From assembly GCF_046119375.1 (NCBI RefSeq), contig NW_027362773.1, forward strand, positions 113,088,001-113,152,000: DNA of 64,000 nt. The letters run 5' to 3'. A model generated the notes under the pieces. The model saw nothing but the letters and a program-made list of their open reading frames with translations. It was not told where the DNA came from and did no database searches. The DNA is from Phyllobates terribilis (lineage: Eukaryota). The translations under genes were made by a program, and so were the position numbers. Below, one piece after another: positions 37,854 to 49,601 of the stretch (its first letter is position 1; every line of letters starts with the position of its first letter).

Positions 37854-38670
37854 TATATCAATAAAGTTTTGTGAAAGCCAAATACCAGGAAGTATCAAAA
37901 ACAAAGCAGCTTATACCACAGGATCCACTATTCAGAGTAGGCGATATCACAGCTCACCTGCTCCTCCTCCCTTCATATTGATCTTTGCCTAGGTAAAAGG
38001 ATGCAAAGATAACGTTTCTGTACAAAACAATTAAAAGTCTGAGTCACTGTAATGCTGGGGACACAGCCGCAGATGGGATGAGATTAGCAGGCTCTGGTCC
38101 GGCGGCCACGGACTACTTATTCATCTGCTGGATAAGGCACCTGCTGATCTTTTTTATTAACTCTTATAGAGTTAGATCTGGAATATTTTTAAAAAGTTGA
38201 CAAAAAGAAATTACCATGAAAGTCAATGTAATTTTCTGATGACACATTCCCTTTAACTGCAACACACTAACATGTCTGTTATGTATTATGCTTCTTAATT
38301 AAGTTCCTGGATGCATTGCTACAGTGACTTAATTTATATTCTTCTTAATTAAAAAGGTTGTCTCCACCTTAAGGAACATAATTAAACATATTTATTTTGG
38401 CCTAAAAATAATTTTTACAATTGGGTTTCATTTAAATTTGTTGCACTGGATGCCTTTTATAGCCTCTATGTTGCACTCTGTCTGTTACTGGTGGTAGAAT
38501 GAGTTAACTGAGAATCCATCAGTGAGCTCGTTCTGACAATCGTACAAAAGAGTTTGTAACTAATTCATCTGTGCTTTTCTGAGCTCCTCTCAGCTGACTT
38601 ATGACCACATCAAAGTTGAACGTGCAGTAAAACAAAGCGCCTGTAAAAGCCAAACAGTGCAAAGTTTTAA

Positions 38671-41600
38671 CCCAATTACAGCCTGTGACGTATTAGTACA
38701 CATAGGCTGTAATCCCCCGGTTCAGTGAGGGCTCCGGCGCTGAGCCCGCACTGAACCGGGCACATGTCAGCTGATTATTACAGCTGACATGTGCCCGCAA
38801 CAGCCGCGGGTGGAATCGCGATCCACCCGCGGCTGTTAACATGTTAAATGCCGCTGTCAATCTCTGACAGCGGCATTTAACAGCGCCGCGCCGGAAGCGC
38901 GTCACTTACCCTGCCCATCGGTGGTCATGACAACCTTGGGTCTGCAGCAGACCCTAGTGGTTGTCATTAGAGATGAGCGGTGTTCGACTAGAACTGTTCG
39001 CCAATCTCAAATTCGAGCTGTTTTGTGCGGTGTTCGAGTTGTTCGACGAACCCGAACGATTTGCAAAAAATTCGGCTGTTCGAGGTTATGTTCGATAACT
39101 GTTCGTGCACCAAAAGCGTGTCCTGCATGTCTGGCGCTATTTAGAGCACCAATCATGCAGGGATTGCCTGCCACTCACTGTAATGCCACAGCCATGGTGG
39201 TTGTGGCATTACAGTGATTGCCCAAATCGATGGGAACAGTGCCAACAGTGAAACATGAAAAGCCGGCAATTCAGCAGCGGCATACACCTGTACCCGACAA
39301 TTTAGAACCGAAAGAATAGAGCTTCACACATAGATTAGATAGATATAAACATGTCAGTCACACATATATACGAAGTACAGTGAAAGTGCTGCTTACTGTA
39401 CTTGTCATTTAGCGTAAAGGATTTATCAAAAAAAATAATAGTGTTTTCATGCACCGTCTCTTTAAGAAAGCCGGCCGGCAATTCAGCAGCGGTACCCGAC
39501 AATTTATAACAGACAGAATAGAGCTTCACACATAGATTAGATAGATAGAAACATGTCAGTCACATATATATGAAGTACAGTGATAGTGTTGGTTACTGTA
39601 CTTGTCATTTAGTATTAAAATAAAGGATTTATTATTAAAAAAATTGGCGTGGGGTTCCCCTTAATTTTAGGCTCTAGCGGAGGTTAAGCAGACGGCTGGG
39701 GCAGATGTTTGAAGCCTGGGAAGGGGGTAATACCCACGGAGCTTCCCAGGCTACTAATATCAGCCCCCAGCTGAATACATAGCCTTTACTAGCTATTAAA
39801 ATGGGGGACCACCCAAAAAAAATGACGTGGGGTCCCCCCTAATTTAATAGCTAGCAAAGGCTAGGCAGACAGCTGGGGGCTGATATTAATAGCCCAGGAA
39901 GGGAGCCATGAATATTGGCCCCCTCCCAGGCTAGAAACACCAGCCGTCAGCCGCCCCAGAAATGGCGCATTCATAGGATGCGCCAATTCTGGCACTTAGC
40001 CTCGCTCTTCCACGCTGCCCTGGTGCGGTGGCAGGGGGTAATAGGGTTGGGGTTGATGTCAGCTTATAATGCCAGCTGACATCAAGCCCAGGTTAGTAAT
40101 GGAGAGGCGTCTATAAGACACCCCCATTACTAACCCCATAGTCAAAGTTAAAAAAAACACAAACACCCAGAATAAAGTCCTTTAATTGAAATAAAGACAC
40201 AATCCTTTATTGTTCTAAATTAAACCATACTTACCGTCACGCCCATTCCAGCTGAAGCCAACGATCTCCTGCAATAAAACAAAAATAATAAAGCAACCTC
40301 ATCCTTACCTTTCCATGGTTCCCACGACAGCTTCAGCTCTGCTACATCGAGATGACAGGCTGGACCGCAGCAGAACGCTGCCATCCAGCCTCTCATCCCG
40401 CAGACACTGAGAAGCGCAGGCTTGCTTGCGCTGCTCAGCGTCTCTCTGTGACGACATCCAGATGAGCCGAGTTCATGTCCAATGAACTCATCTCACCTCA
40501 TGCACGTCACTGACAGCGTGGGAAAATTCTCAAGCTGAAGCGGTGAGTGCAGGAGAATTCTCCCACGCTGTCAGTGACGTGCATAAGGTGAGCTCATGTC
40601 CAATGAACTCAGCTCACCTCCTGCACGTCACTGACAGCGTGGGAGAATTCTCCTGCACTCAGCGCTTCAGCGTGAGAATTCTCCCGCTGAAGCGCTGAGT
40701 GCAGGAGAATTGTCCCACGCTGTCAGTGACGTGCATAAGGTGAGCTCATGTCAAATGAACTCTGCTCACCTCCTGCACGTCACTGACAGTGTGGGAGAAT
40801 TCTCCTGCAATCAGCGCTTCAGCGTGAGAATTTTCCCACGCTGTCAGTGACGTGCATGAGGTGAGCCGAGTTCATTGGACATGAACTCGGCTCATCTGGA
40901 TGTCGTCACAGAGAGACGCTGAGCAGCGCAAGCAAGCCTGCGCTTCTCCGTGTCTGCGGGATGACAGGCTGGATGGCAGCGTTCTGCTGCGGTCCAGCCT
41001 GTCATCTCGATGTAGCAGAGCTGAAGCTGTCGTGGGAACCATGGAAAGGTAAGGATGAGGTTGCTTTATTATTTTTCTTTTATTGCAGGAGATCGTTGGC
41101 TTCAGCTGGAATGGGCGTGATGGTAAGTATGGTTTAATTTAGAACAATAAAGGATTGTGTCTTTATTTCAATTAAAGGACTTTATTCTGGGTGTTTGTGT
41201 TTTTTTTAACTTTGACTATGGGGTTAGTAATGGGGGTGTCTTATAGACGCCTCTCCATTACTAACCTGGGCTTGATGTCAGCTGGCATTATAAGCTGACA
41301 TCAACCCCAGCCCTATTACCCCACTGCCACCGCACCAGGGCAGCGTGGAAGAGCGAGGCTAAGTGCCAGAATTGGCGCATCCTATGAATGCGCCATTTCT
41401 GGGGCGGCTGACGGCTGGTGTTTCTAGCCTGGGAGGGGGCCAATATTCATGGCTCCCTTCCTGGGCTATTAATATCAGCCCCCAGCTGTCTGCCTAGCCT
41501 TTGCTAGCTATTAAATTAGGGGGGACCCCACGTCATTTTTTTTGGGGGGTCCCCCATTTTAATAGCTAGTAAAGGCTATGTATTCAGCTGGGGGCTGATA

Positions 41601-43466
41601 TTAGTAGCCTGGGAAGCTCCGTGGGTATTACCCCCTTCCCAGGCTTCAAACATCTGCCCCAGCCGTCTGCTTAACCTCCGCTAGAGCCTAAAATTAAGGG
41701 GAACCCCACGCCAATTTTTTTAATAATAAATCCTTTATTTTAATACTAAATGACAAGTACAGTAACCAACACTATCACTGTACTTCATATATATGTGACT
41801 GACATGTTTCTATCTATCTAATCTATGTGTGATGCTCTATCTTTCTGTTCTAAATTGTCGGGTACCGCTGCTGAATTGCCGGCCGGCTTTTTTAAAGAGA
41901 CAGTGCATGAAAACACTAATATTTTTTTAAATAAATCCTTTACACTAAATGACAAGTACAGTAAGCAACACTATCACTGTACTTATTATATATGTGACTG
42001 ACATGTTTCTATCTATCTAATCTATGTGTGAAGCTCTATTCTTTCTGTTCTAAATTGTCGGGTACAGATGCTGAATTGCCGGCCGGCTTTTTTAAAGAGA
42101 CGGTGCATGAAAACACTATTATTTTTTTTGATAAATCCTTTACACTAAATGACAAGTACAGTAAGCAACACTGTCACTGTGCTTCTTATATGTGTGACTG
42201 ACATGTTTCTATCTATCTAATCTATGTGTGATGCTCTATTCCTTCTTGTCTAAATTGTCGGGTACCGGTGTATGCCGCTGCTGAATTTGCCGGCCGGCTT
42301 TTTTAAAGAGAGTGTCTTCTGAGCAGTTTGTCAGCTTTTGGACACCTTTGCAGGTGTTTTCTATGTGTTTCTATGTGTTTTTGTTTGCCTGCCATTGGTT
42401 TTAACGGTGTTCGACGGTGTTCTAAGGTGTTCGACGAACAGTTCGACCAACAGTTCCTCGAACATCCCGGTGTTCGACGAACCGAACCGAACCCGAACAC
42501 TACGGGGGTGGCTCAACACTAGTTGTCATGTGCTGATCGCTATGAGCGCCACCTAGTGGTCGGCACTCATAGCACAGGACCATTTCTGCTACATACAGGT
42601 GATCTGCTGATCACCTCTATGTAGCAGAGGCGATCGGACAGTTGCTGCTTCTAGTCTCCTATGGAGACTATAGAAGCATGCAAAAAGTGTAAAAAAAAGT
42701 TTTTAAAAATTAAAAAAATATAAAAGTTTAAATCACCCCCCTTTCGCCCCATTCAAAATAAAATAATTAAAAAAAAAACCCACATACACATATTTGGTAT
42801 CGCCGCGTTCAGAATCGCCCGATCTATCAATATAAAAAAAGAATTAATCCGATCGGTAAACGACGTAACGAGAAAAAAATTCTAAACGCCAGAATTACGT
42901 TTTTTGGTCGCCGCAACTTTGCAATAAAATGCAATAACGGGCGATCAAAACATCGGATCTTCCCCAAAATGGTATCGATAAAAACTTCAGCTCGGTGCGC
43001 AAAAATAAGCCCTCACCCGGCCCCCCAGATCCCGAAAAATGGAGACGCTACAGGTATTACAAAATGGCGCTATTTTTTTTTTTTTTTATCAAACTTTGGA
43101 ATTTTTTTTCACCACTTAAATAAAAAAGAACCTATACATGTTTGGTGTCTACGAACTTGTAATGACCTGGAGAATAATAATGGCAGGTCAGTTTTAGCAT
43201 TCAGTGAACGTGGTAAAAAAAAAAAAAAAAAAACATCTGTGGTATTGCACTTTTTTTGCAATTTCACCGCACTTGGATTTTTTTTCCCATTTTCCCGTAC
43301 GCGATATGGTAAAACTAGTAATGGCGTTGAAAAGTACAACTCGTCCAGCAAAAAATAAGCCCTCACATGGCCATATTGCCCAAAAAATAAAAACGCTATG
43401 GCTCTGCGAACAAGGGGAGCAAAAAAGGAAAATGCAAAAACTGAAAATCCCAGGGTTGCGAAGGGG
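38671..43466. mobile_element. piggyBac-like (TTAA|CCC...GGG) non-autonomous element hosting the hAT palindrome
   Basis: Left end TTAA|CCC at 38667-38673. Right end AAGGGGTT at ~43461-43468 with an imperfect TTAA. No coding capacity. Confidence 0.5.
38968..42521. mobile_element. Large non-autonomous hAT element, mostly one long palindrome
   Basis: TIRs TAGAGATGAGC / GCTCAACACTA; exact 8-bp TSD GTTGTCAT (38960-38967 and 42522-42529); spacerless inverted repeat centred on GAATTC at 40676-40681. Confidence 0.88.
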
Positions 43467-44181
43467 TTCCCAACTGCAATATATATATATATATTAGATA
43501 TAGATAGATAGATATATATATGTTTTTAGCCCCAAATATATGCTTTAAGTTATTTTTTTTTTATGTAAATGCATGTTTAAAACTTTTGCACCGTTTGACT
43601 TTTAAAGACTTTTTGTTTTTGTTCACGTTCAACTTTGATGTGGTCTGTGGTCATAAATGAGCTGAGAGGAGCTCGGAAAAGGACAAACAAAGGAGTTACA
43701 AACTCTCCTGTAAGACGGTCGGCAGGAGCTTAATGGATTCTCAGTTAAAGGGGCTGTTCGGCCTTAGACTACAAGTCTGCAGTCATCTCTATGCTACAGC
43801 AGACTTGGGAACCCTCACATCGTGTGAGGATTCTTCTGTGCCGGTAGTGGGTGGTCATGTGACTGTAAGTATGAGATATGCATTCTTCTGGCCACATGCT
43901 GACTAGACTGTATCCAGCCGCACTCAATGCAAATGTATTGAGCGAAGCTGGATACAGTCTAGTCGGCATGTGACCGGGAAAATGCATATCTCATACTTGC
44001 AGTCACATTACCGGCACCGACACAGGAGAATCCTCACAGCGAGAGCAGTGCACTCCATGTATGAAATTGTCAAACTTATTCTGGGTCCATAATTCTTACA
44101 CCCTACCAATTTCCAAAATGAATCGTCTGTAGCGTTAATTCCGCGTATGTTTTCTAACCTGTGATATTCTGTCCTCCGCAG

Positions 44182-44495
44182 GTCACGTCTCCGGCTCGGC
44201 TTTCATGTGTGCCTTCGTTGCCGATACCTGTGTGGTCGGTTTCCTCTTTTGCCTCGCTTTCTTCATTCTGCATTGTTTTATTCTTTACCGTGGATCAACA
44301 ACCAAAGAGTGGTTTAGTGGGAATGAGAGAGATTATGACCAGGGTTGGAAGAAAAACACCAGGAACTTTCTTGGAGAAAGGTGGTACCTTGTCTGGCTTT
44401 CTCCATGGCTGCAATCAAGATTGACTGGAGATGGAATTTACTTTGAGCGTAGAGATCCCTCATCAACTGGATCATCCAAAAATGTGGATCAGTAG
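44182..44495 (+). CDS. ZDHHC24: Palmitoyltransferase ZDHHC24, coding exon 3
   Basis: Acceptor CTCCGCAG (44181), phase 1. Translates to HVSGSAFMCAFVADTCVVG...GSTTKEW (TTxE)...GWKKNTRNFLGERWYLVWLSPWLQSRLTGDGIYF...*. Total 840 nt = 279 aa plus stop. Confidence 0.95.
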
Positions 44496-47400
44496 CCAAA
44501 CGGATGTGCACTCGGGCTCATTCACTGACTTGTAAGTAGTTCATTCCCACCTTCTTAGGAATACTGTTACATACATTCACACTTCCGGCCACATTCCAAC
44601 TAGACGTGTCCAGCATCACTCAATTCATTTGTACTGAGGTCGTGCCCGTCTAGTCGGCATGTGACCGAATGTATGAAAATCACTAATTTCGGTAGAGTGA
44701 CTGAAGACTTGGCCCCCAAACCTGAACAACCCCTTTAAGATTGGGCTGTTTTGGCAATATCTTCATCCTCTGTTTTTATGCTGTGTTAAAAGGGTTTTTC
44801 ACAACCTTGATATTGATGACCTGGTTATAGGGTAGGTAATCTATATCGCGTTTTTCGGGGTCCGTCACCCCCACAATCAGCTGTTATCAACTCCAGCCAG
44901 ATATAAATATCTATAGCTGGGAAGTACAGGTCACAAGTATCAAAGTGTTGAAAAACCCCTTTAATAGTAGAAGTATTCGTAATAATTAGACTTTTATCGT
45001 AAAAATTTGGCAACAAGCAGCTTTATCTTCAGCTTCCAGGTGAGAAGGAGATTGCATTACAAACATATACGTTTTCCTCTGTTTTTTTTTTTAGGTACAA
45101 CCCCTGAAGACATGGAATAAAGTGATGGACAAGAATAAATCCAATTCCATATGCATATCGCAATGTTGCCTTATATCTGCACATTTATAATGAAGGGAGA
45201 TGTAGAAGGTATATCTGCTCATTAGCACTGGTGCAATCATTTCCAAAGGAAAGCAATAGCAGCGCATTGAGAGCATTTGTCATAGTCTGTTTTAACCCTT
45301 TCAACTCTGGAAATGTGGGCGCTGTACAAGATTTTTATGTGTTGTTTTTTTTTGTTTTTTTTTATATTTTTGGGCACTAAAACCGGGATCATTTTTTGCA
45401 AATATATATATATATATATATATATAAATATTTTACAGAACAAATTTTAGTTTTTCAGCTGTACGTCAAACATGTTGTAAGCGGCAATGCAGTTATGTTC
45501 AGGTAGGAATGGTTGCGTCTACGGGGGAGGGGGTGAGAGTCAGGGGTAAGGAATAATAGGGCTGATGGTGGGGTAGGAAATAAATAAACCCTACTTTACA
45601 TTATACATGTCATACCAGTCTCCTAAAATTTGCAAAAATAAAATGTTGTAGAAAAAAGAAAATACATCTGGTAAAACATTTTTTTTTTGTATGGCAAGTT
45701 ATATGGCTTAAAGGAATTCTCCAGAAATAGAAAATAAATAAATAATGGAGTGTTCGGACCCCCACTGTTATAATCTATTATATCAATAGATGATAACTTG
45801 TTGTCAGCAGACAATCTTTTTAATACTAGAGATATTGAGGGTGCTAAAGTAAGAAGAGGCTGCTCACACTACTGCCCACTATCTTTCTGAATGCCGAGAG
45901 GCATTTACTATTAATCTTCAGATCACAGCTGCTCGATGCATCACATTGGCAGCTAGAGAAAGCACCATCTCTTGGTGGCTATTGTAACAGTGTTATTATT
46001 ATTCCACCTATACCACAAGATTTAACGTACACTGTTATTGAAGCTGCAGTGTGATCTTCTACAATATAACTGTATGACAGGAGCTGTCTAATCATCATCA
46101 GTGATTGTGATAGAAGTTTCTTCCTTTTCCTGCAGAGAACTGTTTAGCGGCACAGTCCATGCATTTTCATCGTTAAAAAACCTAAAGCCATGTAATTCCC
46201 AGGGTGGTCAGCGTTATTGGAGTGCTTTTATTTATGTGACCAGATTGTATTTACTGTGACACGTGCCTGTGTGTGAAGTCACTGTTTGCATTAGATTATA
46301 AGATTTGGAGACATATGTCATAAATATTGGAGCCTTTCTCAATAATAAAAAAAAAAAATGCCTGAAACCGCATTGATTTTAAGAAATTCCGTAATGCAAT
46401 CCACACGTAAATCCTTGTTTCGTTGTCTCTGATCTGATCCAATTCGAGGTCTTGAAACATTTTAGCACTGTGTCCTGGATATCTTATAGTCTATTATCCA
46501 GGCTACGACCGTTTCTTTCTGCTTCCTTGATGTGTAAGGACAACTCCTTGTCTGTAAGAAGAAGTTTGTGCCCCCCACTCCTCCCCATATATCTCATTTT
46601 TTCCTAGTTATCTATAATGCACTGTTTGATTTATGAGAGCGACGGTCTCAAAGTGATGTTTCATGTGAAAAATATTAATATAATTTGGCAAAAATCTCTA
46701 GCTACAGAGTAGCTATATCTCTTAAACTCAGGTGAACGCGATGAGTTTTTCAAGCAAAAGACGCTTCCGTTTTTTTCCCTGAAGTGTCTTTTGAGTCTTT
46801 CTTTTCCGGTCGATTTTTGGCGGTCAGTACTGTTTTTTGTTTTAGGTTACTTGTATTCTGTTCAAAAGTACGCAGAGTAAGAAACTCACCAAAAACTCAT
46901 TGTGGGAACGTAGCCTTACTCCTGCAAACTCTTCATCAACACTGGCGTACAATACCCCGGGGAGAAAAAAAAACATCCAATTTTAGAGTATCTGTACGTG
47001 CATCAGTTTGTGCCATCTGCCTAGAAACCATTCGGCAAAAAAGCAGGTGATTTTCTGGGAATTGCTATTTTTGCAATGGTCCTTTACTTTCCACCCCTCC
47101 TCCCCCTTGTGCTTTATCCAGGCTTATTTCTCAGCTTTATGGGAAAGAAAAGAAAACCCCAAGCATACGGATAGCCTTAATGTCACACTGCCATGTAAAA
47201 TGATAAATATTTTTTTTTATTGTATGTTCTTCTGCCTTGTTTTCTGTTTCCAATTTGCACTGATAATTTTTTAATAAAATCTATTTCCTTTTATAATAAA
47301 AGTGTAATAATTGCATTATTATTTATTTTGTAACTTTCCTGCTATCAAACAACAACTGCTTTACAAAGGTATTAATCCTTAAAGGTTGAATCCATTTTAA

Positions 47401-47729
47401 TGTTGTTTTCTCCTTAATGGGTAAAATTGCAAAGTACCAGTAAAGAAAAACAACTTTGCAATTTACGTCTTGTTAAGAATCCTCTCCGTTCTCAAGAACA
47501 GAGGGATTTTTATCCTAGAATTTACTGCATTTAGCGGCCACCTCTGTAGTCTATCAGTGGTGGCCGGTCTCTTAGGCAATGAGCATAGTGCTTGCGAGAT
47601 CTTTGTTATAGAGACTGTACGTGCTGCTCTGGATCTGGCCAGCGTCAGTGTCTCTGTGCTCCTCCAATGCTGCAGAGGCAAAGTTGCATGTGCTTGCAGC
47701 TTAGTGGAATGCACAGCGGCTCAACCATC

Positions 47730-49512
47730 ATACTAGTCCAAACTATCAATCACGAGGAGTGCACTGTCCCCCCCGACAAGCTGGTATCTGGGAACCAAGA
47801 TTGCTGTGAGGTCCTGAAGATCTTCACTACTAGAGCAGTTGATGCAAGTCGGCTAGGAAGCACAACATGGCTCTCAGGACCAAAACTGTTATATGGTGAA
47901 GAACAATTTTTGGAAACCTTTGAACTAGTAGAAAGGGACTCAGATGCTGAAACCCGTCCTCAGGTGTCTACACTTCATACGACAACCTCTGATATCCAAC
48001 TGGGATACCACAGATTTGACAAGTTCTCAAGTTGGAAGTCACTTATCCGATGTCACGGGTGTATCAGGTTTGACAGACAGTCGTTCTGGATCCGGCTGTA
48101 GAAGGTTGCCACGCTTGGCTTTGCAGGCACCTTCTTGATCCTTTCATCTCTAGTGTAGTGGTATCCTTCTCTCGCTGGGACTCAGCAGTGATATCCACCT
48201 TCTGCTGCTAATTGACACACCCTTCCTTGATATTTAAAAACCCTCAGTGTCTCCAGTGAGTCGCCGGTGATAGAACTATTTTCCTCTGCTCAGACCTGGA
48301 GTACTAGCAGTTGGCTAGTTTCCTCTTGGAGTTTCTTGGTAGAGTATTGTTGTGTTCTCTCTGGTGTCTTCTCAAGCGAAGTGTTTTTCTTTGACTGTTT
48401 TCCTTGTTTGTCTTTACTGCAGTGGGGCTGACTAGTGCTCACCCCTTTCCCATCCTGTTTAGCTCTAGGGACAGTTAGGGATTTGGTATCCTGCTCGGTG
48501 ATAGGTGCAGAACCTATTTAGGGATGGTAGGGGAGCCAGGGTGTTGTAAGATCTGCCTAGGGGTCTCCACTCTCCCTTTCCCTAGTTGTTGGGCTCCCCC
48601 TTTTCCCATCGTCATACACTTGGTCCTTCCCTTACCTAGCGTGACATCCGAGCTATCACCTGCTTGTCCCACATAGGTCGCTCGTTTAGATATACCAGAA
48701 TTTGTGACATAGACCGATATAAAAGCGGGCATCATTGTAAAAATACCTATGCTACCTCAGACTTGGATTTTTCTAGAAACCACATAATCCTCACTGTTCA
48801 AATAGAAGCCTACTTCAGAGAAATCCAATGCCTTATGAACAAAACCTCAAACCGCGTGTTGAGAACTTGATCCATTTATGGACAATCGTGGCCTGCTGAG
48901 AGTAGGAGGCCGACCTAAAGAAGCCAAAATGGAGTTAATCGAGAAATTCCCTCTTATAGTGCCCGGAAAGTGTCATGTCGCTTATTTTAATTCTTCAACA
49001 CTATCACAATCTAGTCAAACACCAGGGAAGACTATTTAGAGAAGGGGCCATAAGAACTTCTGGCTTATGGATTGTCAGTACAAAGAAATGCATCAGCAGT
49101 GTCATTTTTAAATGTATTACCTGTCTCAAGCCCCATTGTTCAACTCAAACCCAAAAGATGGCTGATTTATCAGTGGACGGACCCTCACTTTACCAGCATT
49201 GGTCTTGATGTGTTTGGACCTTGGTCAGTTGTTACACAACATACTAGAAGAGGTCAAGCCAAAAGTAAATGTTGGGCAGTCATATTCATCTGCATGTCCA
49301 TCAGGGCTGTCCACATAGAGGTCATTGAGCCCCTCACCTCTAGAGTTTCATCAATGCTCTCAGATGATTTATTGCCACCCATCAAACACATATGTTCAGA
49401 CAGAGGTACTAACTTTGTTGGTGCTGCCAAAGAATTAGGGATTTCTTCAAATCTGAACTGCAAAACTATTAAGAGATTCCTTAGAGACCACAGACCTCTC
49501 ATCAGGGACAAC
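47730..49512 (+). mobile_element. BEL/Pao LTR retrotransposon pol fragment (RNase H end to integrase)
   Basis: WLSGPKLL, RFDKFSSWKSLIR, LDPFMDNRGLLRVGGR, GLDVFGPW, IFICMSIRAVHIEV, SDRGTNFVGA. Frameshifted and interrupted. Confidence 0.8.
48051..48709. mobile_element. Solo LTR inserted in the BEL fragment
   Basis: TGTCAC...GTGACA termini interrupt the BEL reading frame at SLIR. The TSD is not clean. Confidence 0.6.
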
Positions 49513-49601
49513 ATGTAATTACTAAAACTTTTTTTAAAGATGTGGATGCCAATAGTTATATCCATTTTTCCAGCGGTCACTATAAAAAGTGGCTTGAAAA
49601 T

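Noticed and set aside
45040-45094. 55-nt intron (GTGAGA...TTTTAG)
   Set aside because: Too short for a typical vertebrate intron. The acceptor is better paired with the donor at 44532.
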